A DNA stretch of 57,461 bases, from positions 1 to 57,461 of IMG/VR virus record IMGVR_UViG_3300036987_000087; one strand, given 5' to 3'. Positions 1 to 7,846 of this stretch are shown here, piece by piece. Each line of letters begins with the position of its first letter. Within the stretch, counting starts at the first letter, position 1. The position numbers were made by a program, and so were the translations under genes. Below the pieces are notes generated by a model. The model had not been told where the DNA came from, did no database searches, and was given only the letters and a program-made list of their open reading frames with translations. This stretch comes from a virus. Lineage: Duplodnaviria; Caudoviricetes.

Positions 1-357
1 TTCGATGCCGCCACATCCATTCTGGTTTTTCATTTCATCCCCCACGACCAGCGCCTCGAAACTCTGAAGCAAGTTCGGCGTCGTTTGAGGACCGGTGCAC
101 CCTTCGTCTTGGTGCATCTCAGCTTCCGGCAGACGGAACCTGATCGGTCGATCTGGATTGCCCGTCATATCGCCTTCGGCCTGTCGAATGGATTAGACGC
201 CACCAATGCTGAGAGGGCACGCCAGGCAATCAGCGGTGGACTGACAATTAGCTCGCCCGAAGAAGACGTAGAGATGCTACGCCGTGCGGGATTTCCAAAT
301 GCGAGCCTATTCTACGCGGGATTGAGCATTAGAGGCTGGGTCGCTTACGCCGAATAG
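1..357 (+). CDS. 3' part of host class I SAM-dependent methyltransferase (CmoA-like), truncated by window edge
   Basis: Open frame from base 1: FDAATSILVFHFIP...LKQVRRRLRTGAPFVLV...LRRAGF...FYAGLSIRGWVAYA; lies outside the att repeat. Confidence 0.7.
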   Translation, partial: FDAATSILVFHFIPHDQRLETLKQVRRRLRTGAPFVLVHLSFRQTEPDRSIWIARHIAFGLSNGLDATNAERARQAISGGLTISSPEEDVEMLRRAGFPNASLFYAGLSIRGWVAYAE

Positions 358-430
358 GCTCTGTCCCAAGTGGGCGACTTTCGCCCAAACGTCGATTTAG
401 GATGAGGCATACCCCGGCCCAAAGGCCACA

Positions 431-482
431 TGGCGCACCCGAAGGGATTCGAACCCCTGGCCTCTGCCTTCGGAGGGCAGCG
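431..482 (-). repeat. att core, left copy (duplicated 3' 52 nt of tRNA-Arg)
   Basis: tggcgcacccgaagggattcgaacccctggcctctgccttcggagggcagcg is identical to 57335..57386. Confidence 0.97.
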
Positions 483-489
483 GGGTAGG

Positions 490-1680
490 CTAGTTTTGGC
501 AGGCGGTTTGATCAATAACGGTGGGAGAAACTAACATAGGCTGTGGGGGTAAGTCTCCCACTTCTCCCCCAGAAATCGGCGAAATGTCATTCAGGAAGGT
601 ATCGCCAACCTTGTGAACTTCGGCCGTCCACTCCTTGCGCTCAAGATGCCCATACAGCTTCGACAGCACCTCGATCGACTTCCACCCGCCGGCATCCTTG
701 ACGTACTGCAGCGAGTAACCGGCGCGAAGCATGCGCGTGGCGAAGCTGTGCCGGCCGAGCTCGTGCGGCGAGAAGTAGGGCACCTTGAGGCCGTCAATCA
801 GATCCTTGTGCGCTGTCGGCTTCAGCATGACCGCCACGGCTATAGCTTCGTCGTGGCCGGAGGCCAGAACGCACGCCTTCAGAATGTCGCGGCGCACGTT
901 GCTGTCGGCCTCAGGGCCATCTCGGAACAGCCAGCGGCGTGTCTTCCAATCCGGCATCGCCCGGATGAGCGCTGCGACGTGCGGGTGCAGGTCGATGAGC
1001 ATCGGCTCGCCGTTCTTGGTGCGGCCGATGGCGAGCGTCCCGTCCCGGTCGCTGAAATCCGCAGGCACGCGGCCCAGGGCGTCGCCAAGTCGCCGGCCGT
1101 GCATCGTCAGCATCGACACGAGTGCCTTGGTGTCCGCGCTCATGAAGGGCAGCACCGTCTGGAACCACGCCTTATCGGGGATGCTTACGGGCGGGCTGTC
1201 TTTGTAGCCCTTCGGCCGCGTCAACTGCGGGGCCTTTTCCTTGAGCGCCATCCGCAGAATTGCAAGAACCGGCGTGTAGAGGTGGCGGTTGACGTAGGCT
1301 GGAGACGGCGTCGGGCCGAACAGCTTCTGAGAGAGATCGATCATGAGCGTGTCGTCGATGGCCCGGCATTGGTAGTCGCCTAGCGCGTCGGCGATCTTCT
1401 CAGCGTAGATCGGCACGGAGTGGTGCTCGACGTAATTCGCCAGCGCCTGGCCGAACGCTAGGGGGACATAGAGGGCCTGCTCTTCATATGCGGCGTTGAG
1501 CTTGTCGACCTCTGCTTGCCGCGCCGCTGCCGTATCGCCGCCAATGCTATGCTCTTTCCGCTCCCTGGCAAAGCTGCCGTCTGGCTGGCGGATCGGGACG
1601 AACCCGCGCGCCGCCCAGTATTTCGTGCCGTCTTTCTTCGCGCGCCGGACGACGTTGAGTTTGGACCTGTATCCTCGCAT
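490..1680 (-). CDS. int: Tyrosine integrase
   Basis: Catalytic motifs HGRRLGD (R), RTKNG (K), PHELGRHSFA (HxxxR), AGGW, KLYGHL (Y); stop 7 bp from att; start taken as ATG 1680 (MRGYRSK). Confidence 0.93.
   Translation of the reverse strand: MRGYRSKLNVVRRAKKDGTKYWAARGFVPIRQPDGSFARERKEHSIGGDTAAARQAEVDKLNAAYEEQALYVPLAFGQALANYVEHHSVPIYAEKIADALGDYQCRAIDDTLMIDLSQKLFGPTPSPAYVNRHLYTPVLAILRMALKEKAPQLTRPKGYKDSPPVSIPDKAWFQTVLPFMSADTKALVSMLTMHGRRLGDALGRVPADFSDRDGTLAIGRTKNGEPMLIDLHPHVAALIRAMPDWKTRRWLFRDGPEADSNVRRDILKACVLASGHDEAIAVAVMLKPTAHKDLIDGLKVPYFSPHELGRHSFATRMLRAGYSLQYVKDAGGWKSIEVLSKLYGHLERKEWTAEVHKVGDTFLNDISPISGGEVGDLPPQPMLVSPTVIDQTACQN
520..575. promoter_or_regulatory. Candidate integrase arm-type sites
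   Basis: ctccccacttctccccca here resembles cccccactcttcccccac near the other att (57223..57240); inverted gtggg copies at about 521 and 544. Confidence 0.5.
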
Positions 1681-1865
1681 GTCTCCATTTCCTTCTTGTA
1701 GGCGTTGAGGAACACACGAGTGGTGTAGCATTCGCGGCCGTCTCTGACGACGCACCCGCGATCGCGCATGCGTTCACGAAGGGTTCGCGGGCTCGGGCCC
1801 CGGCCCTCTGGATAGAGCTCGGCCAGCGCTTCCTCGAACGTGATGTAGAAGGCCCTCTTCCCCAT
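1458..1865 (-). CDS. Putative excisionase/recombination directionality factor overlapping int
   Basis: Small basic protein with HTH-like N-terminus (ITFEEALAELYP...SPRTLRERMR) directly upstream of int. Confidence 0.6.
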   Translation of the reverse strand: MGKRAFYITFEEALAELYPEGRGPSPRTLRERMRDRGCVVRDGRECYTTRVFLNAYKKEMETCEDTGPNSTSSGARRKTARNTGRRAGSSRSASQTAALPGSGKSIALAAIRQRRGKQRSTSSTPHMKSRPSMSP

Positions 1866-2051
1866 CTAGGCCGCCTCCCTACGCTCATCGCTATACGGTA
1901 CTCGCTTCTCGACATAGGGCTGGATCTGCTTGTAGAGGTTGAATGCCTTGTCGGCGAAGGCTCGGATCTCCGCTACGGTTTCCGCCTCACGCTCCTGCCA
2001 GCGTGCGTGCTCGATCTGTTGCTGTATCCTCTGGACTTCTGATCTGGTCAT
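1866..2051 (-). CDS. Hypothetical protein
   Basis: ATGA-coupled to the upstream gene, GGAGGGG SD. Confidence 0.65.
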   Translation of the reverse strand: MTRSEVQRIQQQIEHARWQEREAETVAEIRAFADKAFNLYKQIQPYVEKRVPYSDERREAA

Positions 2052-2500
2052 CTTCCCCTCCTTGATCGGCCCATGTGAGCCTGTTGAACGCGCCACATGC
2101 GCTCCAAATCCCCCGTGTTGATCCATAAGGCGCTGGCGAGCTCGATCACGTCGTCGATGCCGCGCTCGCGAAACCATGCATCCTCAAGACGCGACGATAG
2201 GCCGTGCACGTCGTCGTGCTCGAAACGCAGCAGCGGCACCGTCCAACGATCCGAGGCCCGCCCGCCGCTTGCACGTCTCTCTTCACCGGCTGGCCCTGTT
2301 CGCAAATGGTGAGGATCACAAGGCCCTGCGCGGCCTGAAACGCACGACGGCAATTGTCGGATGAGGGCTAGATGCTCCTCGCTCATCCCGGGCCGGCGCG
2401 CGGCAGGCGGAATGCGTGCGTTCTTGGCCTTGTGCCTCTCCGTTACGGTCGGCTTTGGATTTGGTTGCCCGTATCCTGGTGGGCGGATCATCTGCGCCAT
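2048..2500 (-). CDS. DUF968-like putative His-Me nuclease
   Basis: HLALIRQLPSCVSG...CDPHHLR...SDRWTVPLLRFEHDDVH pattern. Confidence 0.7.
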   Translation of the reverse strand: MAQMIRPPGYGQPNPKPTVTERHKAKNARIPPAARRPGMSEEHLALIRQLPSCVSGRAGPCDPHHLRTGPAGEERRASGGRASDRWTVPLLRFEHDDVHGLSSRLEDAWFRERGIDDVIELASALWINTGDLERMWRVQQAHMGRSRRGR

Positions 2501-3193
2501 CTATGCGGCCTCCGGAGATGATTTAGGGGTGACGCCGCCAGAGGCGGCTATCGCGCAGGCGCGCGATGCGTTGAGAATGGTCATGATGCCTCGACCGATA
2601 AGCTCTGCCGCTTGCGGCACGACAGCGTTTCCGCACTGCTTGCGTCGGTCCACCCAATTGGGAAGCCCATCATCCGTTCCCAGTCGTGCGGGTGCAAAAT
2701 CTTGAGACTGTGCAAGCTGTGCCGCCACTTCCCGACCCGGCCCATGCCACCACCGCGACAGCTCCCGTAAGAGCTCGCCGTCGGCGTGGGCAACAAGGAA
2801 GATACGGGCGCGTTCATGGTGCGCTCCCACGTTTGAGGCTCGCACTCGAAACGGCACGCTGGCGTACCCGATGGCGTGCAACTCGCGCCGCAGTTCGGGC
2901 ACCCATCGCCGCCACGTATGGGCGACGTTTTCGATAACAATCCAATCAGGGCATAGGCCAGCCCGCTCCGCTTGCCGGCCAAGCCGATCCGCTTCCCGCT
3001 CACTGACAAGTCTTGACAGGGGAAGCCCGCGCAGAGAACGAATGTCTCCGTGGATGGGGGTGTCGGGCCAGTGTCGCTTGAGGACCGCGCGGCATTGATC
3101 GTCAATTTCGCAGAAGGCGACGGTTCGCATCCCGGATCTCTCGAGGCCGAGGCTAAACCCGCCGATGCCGCTGAATAGATCGACGACATTCAA
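2501..3193 (-). CDS. C5 cytosine methyltransferase alpha-type chain (motifs I-III, VI-VIII, X; no PCQ)
   Basis: DLFSGIGG, FCEID, IHGDI, WIVIENV, HHERARIFLVA, CGNAVVPQ; TTG start with GGAGG SD. Confidence 0.85.
   Translation of the reverse strand: MNVVDLFSGIGGFSLGLERSGMRTVAFCEIDDQCRAVLKRHWPDTPIHGDIRSLRGLPLSRLVSEREADRLGRQAERAGLCPDWIVIENVAHTWRRWVPELRRELHAIGYASVPFRVRASNVGAHHERARIFLVAHADGELLRELSRWWHGPGREVAAQLAQSQDFAPARLGTDDGLPNWVDRRKQCGNAVVPQAAELIGRGIMTILNASRACAIAASGGVTPKSSPEAA
2520..2575 (-). repeat. Double-hairpin element, copy 1
   Basis: Minus strand: CTCAACGC ATCGCGC-GCCT-GCGCGAT A GCCGCC-TCT-GGCGGC GTCACCCCTAAATC. Confidence 0.75.
2581..3189 (-). CDS. C5 cytosine methyltransferase beta-type chain in the +1 overlapping frame (motifs IV/V, TRD-like segment, IX)
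   Basis: VLCAGFPCQDLSVSGKRIGLAGKRSGL, LLPTPTAS, LHPHDWERMMGFPIGWT; ATG immediately after the upstream TGA. Confidence 0.8.
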   Translation of the reverse strand: MSSIYSAASAGLASASRDPGCEPSPSAKLTINAARSSSDTGPTPPSTETFVLCAGFPCQDLSVSGKRIGLAGKRSGLAYALIGLLSKTSPIRGGDGCPNCGASCTPSGTPACRFECEPQTWERTMNAPVSSLLPTPTASSYGSCRGGGMGRVGKWRHSLHSLKILHPHDWERMMGFPIGWTDASSAETLSCRKRQSLSVEAS

Positions 3194-3447
3194 GGGTTCC
3201 CTCCATTATTATCCGCGCGCACCCAGCGAACGCCAAGACAAGTGAACTCGCGAAGGTCTCCGGAAGCGTCGAAAGAAACCGCCCCACCTGGCGATGCCAA
3301 GACGTCGAACCCAGCTCCGTTTAGTTCTTGAAGGAATGCTTCTGTCTGTGATGTGGTCGTAGTCTCAAAATGCCATTTTCCGTGATGCAGGATGTTGGCA
3401 AGAACTATAAACCGGCTTGGTCCTGAAAAAACTTCGGAGATCATCAC
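3190..3447 (-). CDS. Hypothetical protein (AT-richer)
   Basis: Translationally coupled ORF within the operon. Confidence 0.6.
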   Translation of the reverse strand: MMISEVFSGPSRFIVLANILHHGKWHFETTTTSQTEAFLQELNGAGFDVLASPGGAVSFDASGDLREFTCLGVRWVRADNNGGNP

Positions 3448-3653
3448 CGCACCTCAACCTGGCTGTCAGGGAACTCGCGCATAAGGATGGTGACGGCCCG
3501 CAGTAAATCCGGGTTCCTATCGATAAACCCCATCGTCACCACGGCTTCCTTGGCGTTCTCGATGTCTCTCGGAGAAGGTTGCTCATCTAGTAGAGCGCAG
3601 CTTATTAGGGACTCTACCGCTTGCCTTTGCTCAATTAGAGATGGCTTGGTCAT
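3444..3653 (-). CDS. Hypothetical protein
   Basis: Coupled overlaps at both ends. Confidence 0.65.
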   Translation of the reverse strand: MTKPSLIEQRQAVESLISCALLDEQPSPRDIENAKEAVVTMGFIDRNPDLLRAVTILMREFPDSQVEVR

Positions 3654-4246
3654 GATGACTCACCAGTGGTAGGGCTATCGGTAGATTCAGAAGATTGGGG
3701 TGACGCCGCTCCGCGGCTATCGGCAGCCGCCGATGCGTTGAGTGCGTTCATGAACTCGCGCCGCGCACGATTGGGCGACCAGTATTGCAGCGTGACGCCA
3801 AGTGGCTTCGTGGTTGTGCTCCATGCTACTGGCGGCCGGGACATGTTCTGTGCGGCTTCATCGCTCAATATTGCCGTGTCCGCCGCCTTCACTTCATCTG
3901 GCATCGCGGATGGCAGACCAAACTTGCAGCAAACCGCCAGCATGATCTTATCCTCCGCCTCTCTGTAGCCCCTTAGAAACGGCTTAATCGGGCGTGGCAC
4001 GTCAACTAGGTACGCCTCACTGGCGTCGTGGAGCAGCGCCCATAGCCGGTGTTCCGGGGCGACTTGCCGCGAGAGCAACACGCTGTGCTCTGCCACGCTA
4101 TAGAAGCGGAGGCAGTGGCCGCCGAACCGACATAGCATCGACAGGGCGTGCGCTATGTCGTCCGCAAACACTTCTTCTGGGCGCGGGTCGATTGGCCAAA
4201 ACTGCCGGCCCATAGCGGTCTGTATCCAATCGCCACGGTGCATCAC
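3650..4246 (-). CDS. HD-domain phosphohydrolase (YfdR-like 5'-deoxynucleotidase)
   Basis: DIAHALSMLCRFGGH, YSVAEHS, ALLHDASEAYLVDVPRPIK, VKAAD. Confidence 0.9.
   Translation of the reverse strand: MMHRGDWIQTAMGRQFWPIDPRPEEVFADDIAHALSMLCRFGGHCLRFYSVAEHSVLLSRQVAPEHRLWALLHDASEAYLVDVPRPIKPFLRGYREAEDKIMLAVCCKFGLPSAMPDEVKAADTAILSDEAAQNMSRPPVAWSTTTKPLGVTLQYWSPNRARREFMNALNASAAADSRGAASPQSSESTDSPTTGESS
3693..3742 (-). repeat. Double-hairpin element, copy 2
   Basis: Minus strand: CTCAACGC ATCGGC-GGCT-GCCGAT A GCCGC-GGA-GCGGC GTCACCCCAATC; stems differ from copy 1 but still pair. Confidence 0.75.
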
Positions 4247-4503
4247 TCTCCCCCCTCACTCAGCGCCGCAGGCGCTATCGAGCCCTCTTGCGAGATAGGC
4301 GAATCCGTCACCCCGTTTAATTCGCTCCCCTTGCTCTTTGCCAAGTGGGAGAGGACGGCACGGGCTATGACGGCACCCCATTTGTCCTCTTTGCCGTGCA
4401 GGTAATATTTGGCGTCGGCGTTCTGGATGACGCCGGCCAGTTCCTCCACCTCGCGAAGATTGTCCAGCCGCTTCACAAGAGCTTTGGATGTGGGTTCTGT
4501 CAT
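4243..4503 (-). CDS. Hypothetical protein
   Basis: ATGA-coupled ORF MTEPTSK... Confidence 0.6.
   Translation of the reverse strand: MTEPTSKALVKRLDNLREVEELAGVIQNADAKYYLHGKEDKWGAVIARAVLSHLAKSKGSELNGVTDSPISQEGSIAPAALSEGGE
4255..4320 (+). repeat. Double-hairpin element, copy 3 (divergent, opposite orientation)
   Basis: CTCA...AGCGCC-GCA-GGCGCT, bulged GCC-CTC-TTGC-GAG-ATA-GGC hairpin, then CGTCACCCC. Confidence 0.5.
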
Positions 4504-4715
4504 GGGATTGCCTCGACCTTGGTCACCGTCACTGTGTACTCTTGCGAGACGCCATCGAAGCCGCCATGCACGTCGCTGATGTACCCGTAGATGACTACTG
4601 GCACGCGCATCTCTGCTGGGCACGGGCCTAGGCGCGGGCGCTTTGCAAACCGCTTGTTCAGAGCACCACGGCCGGTGAGTACGTCCAGAATTGCAAAGTC
4701 GGATTTGATCTTCAC
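4500..4715 (-). CDS. Hypothetical protein
   Basis: GTGA-coupled ORF with SD. Confidence 0.6.
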   Translation of the reverse strand: MKIKSDFAILDVLTGRGALNKRFAKRPRLGPCPAEMRVPVVIYGYISDVHGGFDGVSQEYTVTVTKVEAIP

Positions 4716-5401
4716 TTCCTCACCTCATCGTCGGTGGATTTAGTGTTGACGCTTTCGGCGCTGATGGGCGCCTCATCTGCGCTCAAGCCGCGCGGCTTGT
4801 TGAGTTCATTGCGCCAGTAGTCGATCAACGCAGCCCAAGGGCCGTCCCAAAATCGTCGGCAGCATGGGTCGTCGGTGTGAACAGCGGCGCTGCCGTAGTC
4901 GCAATACGAATACGCCCAGTCGAATTCTAGGAACTCGCGGTGAAATTCGTCTTCGTTAAACGGATGCGACATCTCATCGATGTCATTCCAGCGCGCGCGA
5001 GCCTCGTCCTTGTCGAGCGACCCAGTCTTGCGAGCGTCTAGGATGGTTTCACGGATATGCTTTATGGTTGCGTCGAAGTCGAAGCTTAGCCCGTTGCCAG
5101 CATGGGTTTTTCCCATGAAGTAGTCATACTCGACGTCGAGAAGGAATTCCCGCAGCGTTGGCGTGCCTGTTGCAGTCCAGACGTAAGCGTAGTTGCCATC
5201 GTCTGATTGGACATCTATCTGTCCGCCGCCCTTCCATTCCCTGATCGTTGCCACGGCCCAGGAGCGGCTGCTTCTCACCTTGTAGACGCGCGCAGTAGAC
5301 GTCGTGACCTCAAAGCCGGACTCAACACGCGCGCGCAGCGCAGCCGAAGGTGCCGAGCACCGAGGCGTCAACACTGAATCTCTATCTTCAATCTCTTCCA
5401 T
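4712..5401 (-). CDS. Phage hypothetical protein; both termini read through hairpin elements
   Basis: 229-aa ORF, globular-looking core (QSDDGNYAYVW...DYFMGK), low-complexity ends overlapping copies 4 and 5. Confidence 0.75.
   Translation of the reverse strand: MEEIEDRDSVLTPRCSAPSAALRARVESGFEVTTSTARVYKVRSSRSWAVATIREWKGGGQIDVQSDDGNYAYVWTATGTPTLREFLLDVEYDYFMGKTHAGNGLSFDFDATIKHIRETILDARKTGSLDKDEARARWNDIDEMSHPFNEDEFHREFLEFDWAYSYCDYGSAAVHTDDPCCRRFWDGPWAALIDYWRNELNKPRGLSADEAPISAESVNTKSTDDEVRK
4737..4804 (-). repeat. Double-hairpin element, copy 4
   Basis: Minus strand: CTCAA CAAGCCG-CG-CGGCTTG A GCGCAGATG...CATCAGCGC CGAAAGC GTCAACACTAAATC. Confidence 0.7.
5321..5380 (+). repeat. Double-hairpin element, copy 5 (inverted relative to copy 4)
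   Basis: CTCAACA...GCC GAA GGTGC-CGA-GCACC GA GGC GTCAACACTGAATC; 15/16 inverted match to the end of copy 4. Confidence 0.7.
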
Positions 5402-5407
5402 TAGGGC

Positions 5408-5743
5408 TCACTCCGCTGCTTCAACTTCAGCATCACCATCGGTGCTGCGAAGGAACAGAGCGTATGGCCCCTCATCGGTGTCGTAGACGCCTCCGAGTAT
5501 CCAACCCATTGGTGGCTCAGGTCGCCACTTCGTCAGGACGTTCTCTCCAGCCTCATAGAGCTTCATCAGGTCCGGGTCGAGCAGCGCACAGACCAGGCAG
5601 TGGAACCCGTTCTCGTTTGCCACACCGGATAGATCAGCCTCGGCTTCCGCGTAGTGGAACATCGCAGCCATGAGACCGCCATCGTCGTAGTCGACGAGTG
5701 TCTCTGGTGCCGGCATGTCTTCTGGTTTGATGATGGTGGTCAT
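5408..5743 (-). CDS. Hypothetical protein
   Basis: Coupled ORF with WRPEPPMGWILGGVYDTDEGPYALF. Confidence 0.7.
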   Translation of the reverse strand: MTTIIKPEDMPAPETLVDYDDGGLMAAMFHYAEAEADLSGVANENGFHCLVCALLDPDLMKLYEAGENVLTKWRPEPPMGWILGGVYDTDEGPYALFLRSTDGDAEVEAAE

Positions 5744-6318
5744 GCTGCCCTCTGTTGTGCTTCGCGCGCCTTGCGCTCGTGGTATGCGTTGATGAAATGC
5801 TGAACCTCGATGCCGGTGATGTGCTCGATCAGCGCGAACACGTCGCTGCGGATCGGCTCGAATTCGAGTTCGTCGAGCACGTCATGGGAGATTGACTTCG
5901 AGACGTAGAGGCACAGCGCGGGCTCGCCTTCGATGCGGCCTTCGCGAAGGAACGGATGCTCGCCCTTGGCCCGGAGCTTTTCCATCTGATGGCTGACAGA
6001 TGCGACGGTCATTGCGCTCAGCTTGGCGTTGCTGGAGAGCGGGTAATTGTCGGCCGTGCACCATCCGGCTCGGCAAAGTAAGTAGGCACGAAGTTTCTCC
6101 GTCTCGCCCGGAAGCGGATGTGGATCTGTGTTGTGCGGCCAGTGCTGAAGGGCATCCGATATAACCGCGAAAAAAAGATCGTGGGCCTTGCTGATCCTGG
6201 GAACCGATACGCGCGCCTTCAGCGGCTGACGCTCCGGCATCTTGGCCATAATCTCTTCCGCTTCGGCGTTCGCCGGCACGAGAGAACGGCCAACTCTTGT
6301 GAGGACCATGTCAGGCAT
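5740..6318 (-). CDS. NinB/DUF1367-like recombination accessory protein
   Basis: LVPA...PRISKAHDLFFAVI...KSISHDVLDELEF pattern; early recombination region. Confidence 0.55.
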   Translation of the reverse strand: MPDMVLTRVGRSLVPANAEAEEIMAKMPERQPLKARVSVPRISKAHDLFFAVISDALQHWPHNTDPHPLPGETEKLRAYLLCRAGWCTADNYPLSSNAKLSAMTVASVSHQMEKLRAKGEHPFLREGRIEGEPALCLYVSKSISHDVLDELEFEPIRSDVFALIEHITGIEVQHFINAYHERKAREAQQRAA

Positions 6319-6468
6319 CCTGCCCTCCCTCTTTCTTCCCCTGCTGAGCAACCTGCACAGGCTTAGGAGGGACAGCAGCACTTGCTCCGGCAGCACCGGC
6401 CACGGCTACGGTTTGCCCGCGTATGAGCTTCCCAGCCGCCTTGCGGATGATGTTGGTGATGGAGGGCA

Positions 6469-7002
6469 TTATGCTGCGCCTTTTGGCTGCGTCGTGACGA
6501 ACTCGACGCCGCTCATCATCTGGCCGCCGACGAGAACCATTGACGGTGCCCAGCCGTCGCCCATTACGAAGGCGTACGCCCGCTCCTTGCCCCAGCCTCC
6601 GGGGCGGCTCGCGCCCCAGCCGCCGTCTCCGTGTTCCGCGAGATGATCAGCAAGCTCTTCTTTGGTGGCGAACGGAGGCGATACCGGCGTGCCCTCGCTC
6701 ACGGTCTCCCAGAGCTGAAACCAAGTCGCCTCTTCATCCTTCCAGGGGCGATAGTAGTCTGGGTCGATTGGCTGACCTTCGTCGCACAGCCAATCCGCCA
6801 GCCCGCGCGGATAGACCTCGCGCTGAATGTCCGTGAGGTCGCCCGCGCGTATGCGATCGAAGTCTTCAAGCCACTCGGCAAAGCGCCGCTCGAATGTGCA
6901 GTCGTACATCGGCTGCAAGCCCGTGTGGCGGTAAGGATTGCGATCCGGGTTGCGCTTCGGGTGCCGCCAGTTCGGAGGCACTCGTCTGATTTCACGTCCC
7001 AT
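6469..7002 (-). CDS. Phage hypothetical protein
   Basis: MGREIRRVPPNWRHP...FQLWETVSEGTPVSPPF; coupled in the operon. Confidence 0.75.
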   Translation of the reverse strand: MGREIRRVPPNWRHPKRNPDRNPYRHTGLQPMYDCTFERRFAEWLEDFDRIRAGDLTDIQREVYPRGLADWLCDEGQPIDPDYYRPWKDEEATWFQLWETVSEGTPVSPPFATKEELADHLAEHGDGGWGASRPGGWGKERAYAFVMGDGWAPSMVLVGGQMMSGVEFVTTQPKGAA

Positions 7003-7319
7003 CAAGCGATCTCCAGTTGTGTCATGACGAAGCCACGGGCGGCAGCGTTCTGCCGGTGACCGGCCTCGCTGTCCTTCCATGTCGCGTATCGCTTCAGAAC
7101 CGTGAGCACGCCCGCCATGCCGAGCTGGAACTCGAGGTCGCGCTGCGACGGCTCAGGCTTCGGCGCCGGCAGCAGCCGCTCGATGATCGTGCGGAGTTGA
7201 GGCTCAAGCCCGAGGTCGATGCAGGCGATGATCTGCCCCTCGAATGATCCGAGGAGTCGATTGAGCGGATCCTCCCGCTCTTGGACAACCTCGTGGCGCA
7301 TGGCGGCGGCGGTGCTCAC
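7002..7319 (-). CDS. Hypothetical protein
   Basis: GTGA-coupled ORF. Confidence 0.55.
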   Translation of the reverse strand: MSTAAAMRHEVVQEREDPLNRLLGSFEGQIIACIDLGLEPQLRTIIERLLPAPKPEPSQRDLEFQLGMAGVLTVLKRYATWKDSEAGHRQNAAARGFVMTQLEIA

Positions 7320-7798
7320 AGCAGCGCCCCCACATTGCAACCGCCCGTCGTCCAGTCGATGTCTAGCCCGTCGAGGAAGCGCTCTAGCTCGTGGCGGCCA
7401 TCGTCTGCCTTGCCAGCCTTCAACGTGTCCCGAGCCTTGACGAGGTCTGGCAGGCCGTCGCGAAGTCGACCGGCTGCGCTCTCCAGGCTCTCATTATCAT
7501 TTCGTAGATCGTTCACCTCGTCTTCGAGGTCGCCGTTCTCCTCGCCCAGTTCCTCGATGCGATCCTCCAACTCGATCATCTTGGCGCGGGCCGTGGCTAG
7601 GTCGTCCGCAAGCGCAGCTTTCTGGCGCGCAAGGGTTAGCGCCAGGCGTGCGAGGCGAGTGATGCGCTTCGATGCGCGTTTGCGCTCATCTTCGGACGCC
7701 TTGATGATCGCCGCCTGGTTGAGTATGACCAGCTTCAGATCAGCAGCCTGACGCTCGAAGTCTTCCGGCTCGTCGACTAGTGCTGCACTTCCCGACAT
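7316..7798 (-). CDS. Coiled-coil hypothetical protein
   Basis: Heptad-rich sequence, GAGGGGG SD. Confidence 0.7.
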   Translation of the reverse strand: MSGSAALVDEPEDFERQAADLKLVILNQAAIIKASEDERKRASKRITRLARLALTLARQKAALADDLATARAKMIELEDRIEELGEENGDLEDEVNDLRNDNESLESAAGRLRDGLPDLVKARDTLKAGKADDGRHELERFLDGLDIDWTTGGCNVGALL

Positions 7799-7846
7799 GA
7801 CTTCCCCCTCGGGGCAGATACGCAAGCACGCGGTAGAAAGTGGCGA

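Noticed and set aside
421-432. AAAGGCCACATG resembles the array junction motif
   Set aside because: Short, on the host side of att and not followed by a credible gene; likely chance
431-482. Second tRNA gene
   Set aside because: Only the 3' 52 nt are present; this is the att duplication
613-1383. Long antisense or alternative-frame ORFs (also 9175..10104, 37307..38113, 43074..44066, 54497..55399 and others)
   Set aside because: Shadow ORFs expected in high-GC DNA; unlike the MTase beta frame they carry no recognisable motifs
2520-5380. Hairpin elements as integron attC sites or terminators
   Set aside because: They lack the paired RYYYAAC/GTTRRRY ends and U-tracts, occur in both orientations, and no IntI is present; kept as an unexplained repeat family
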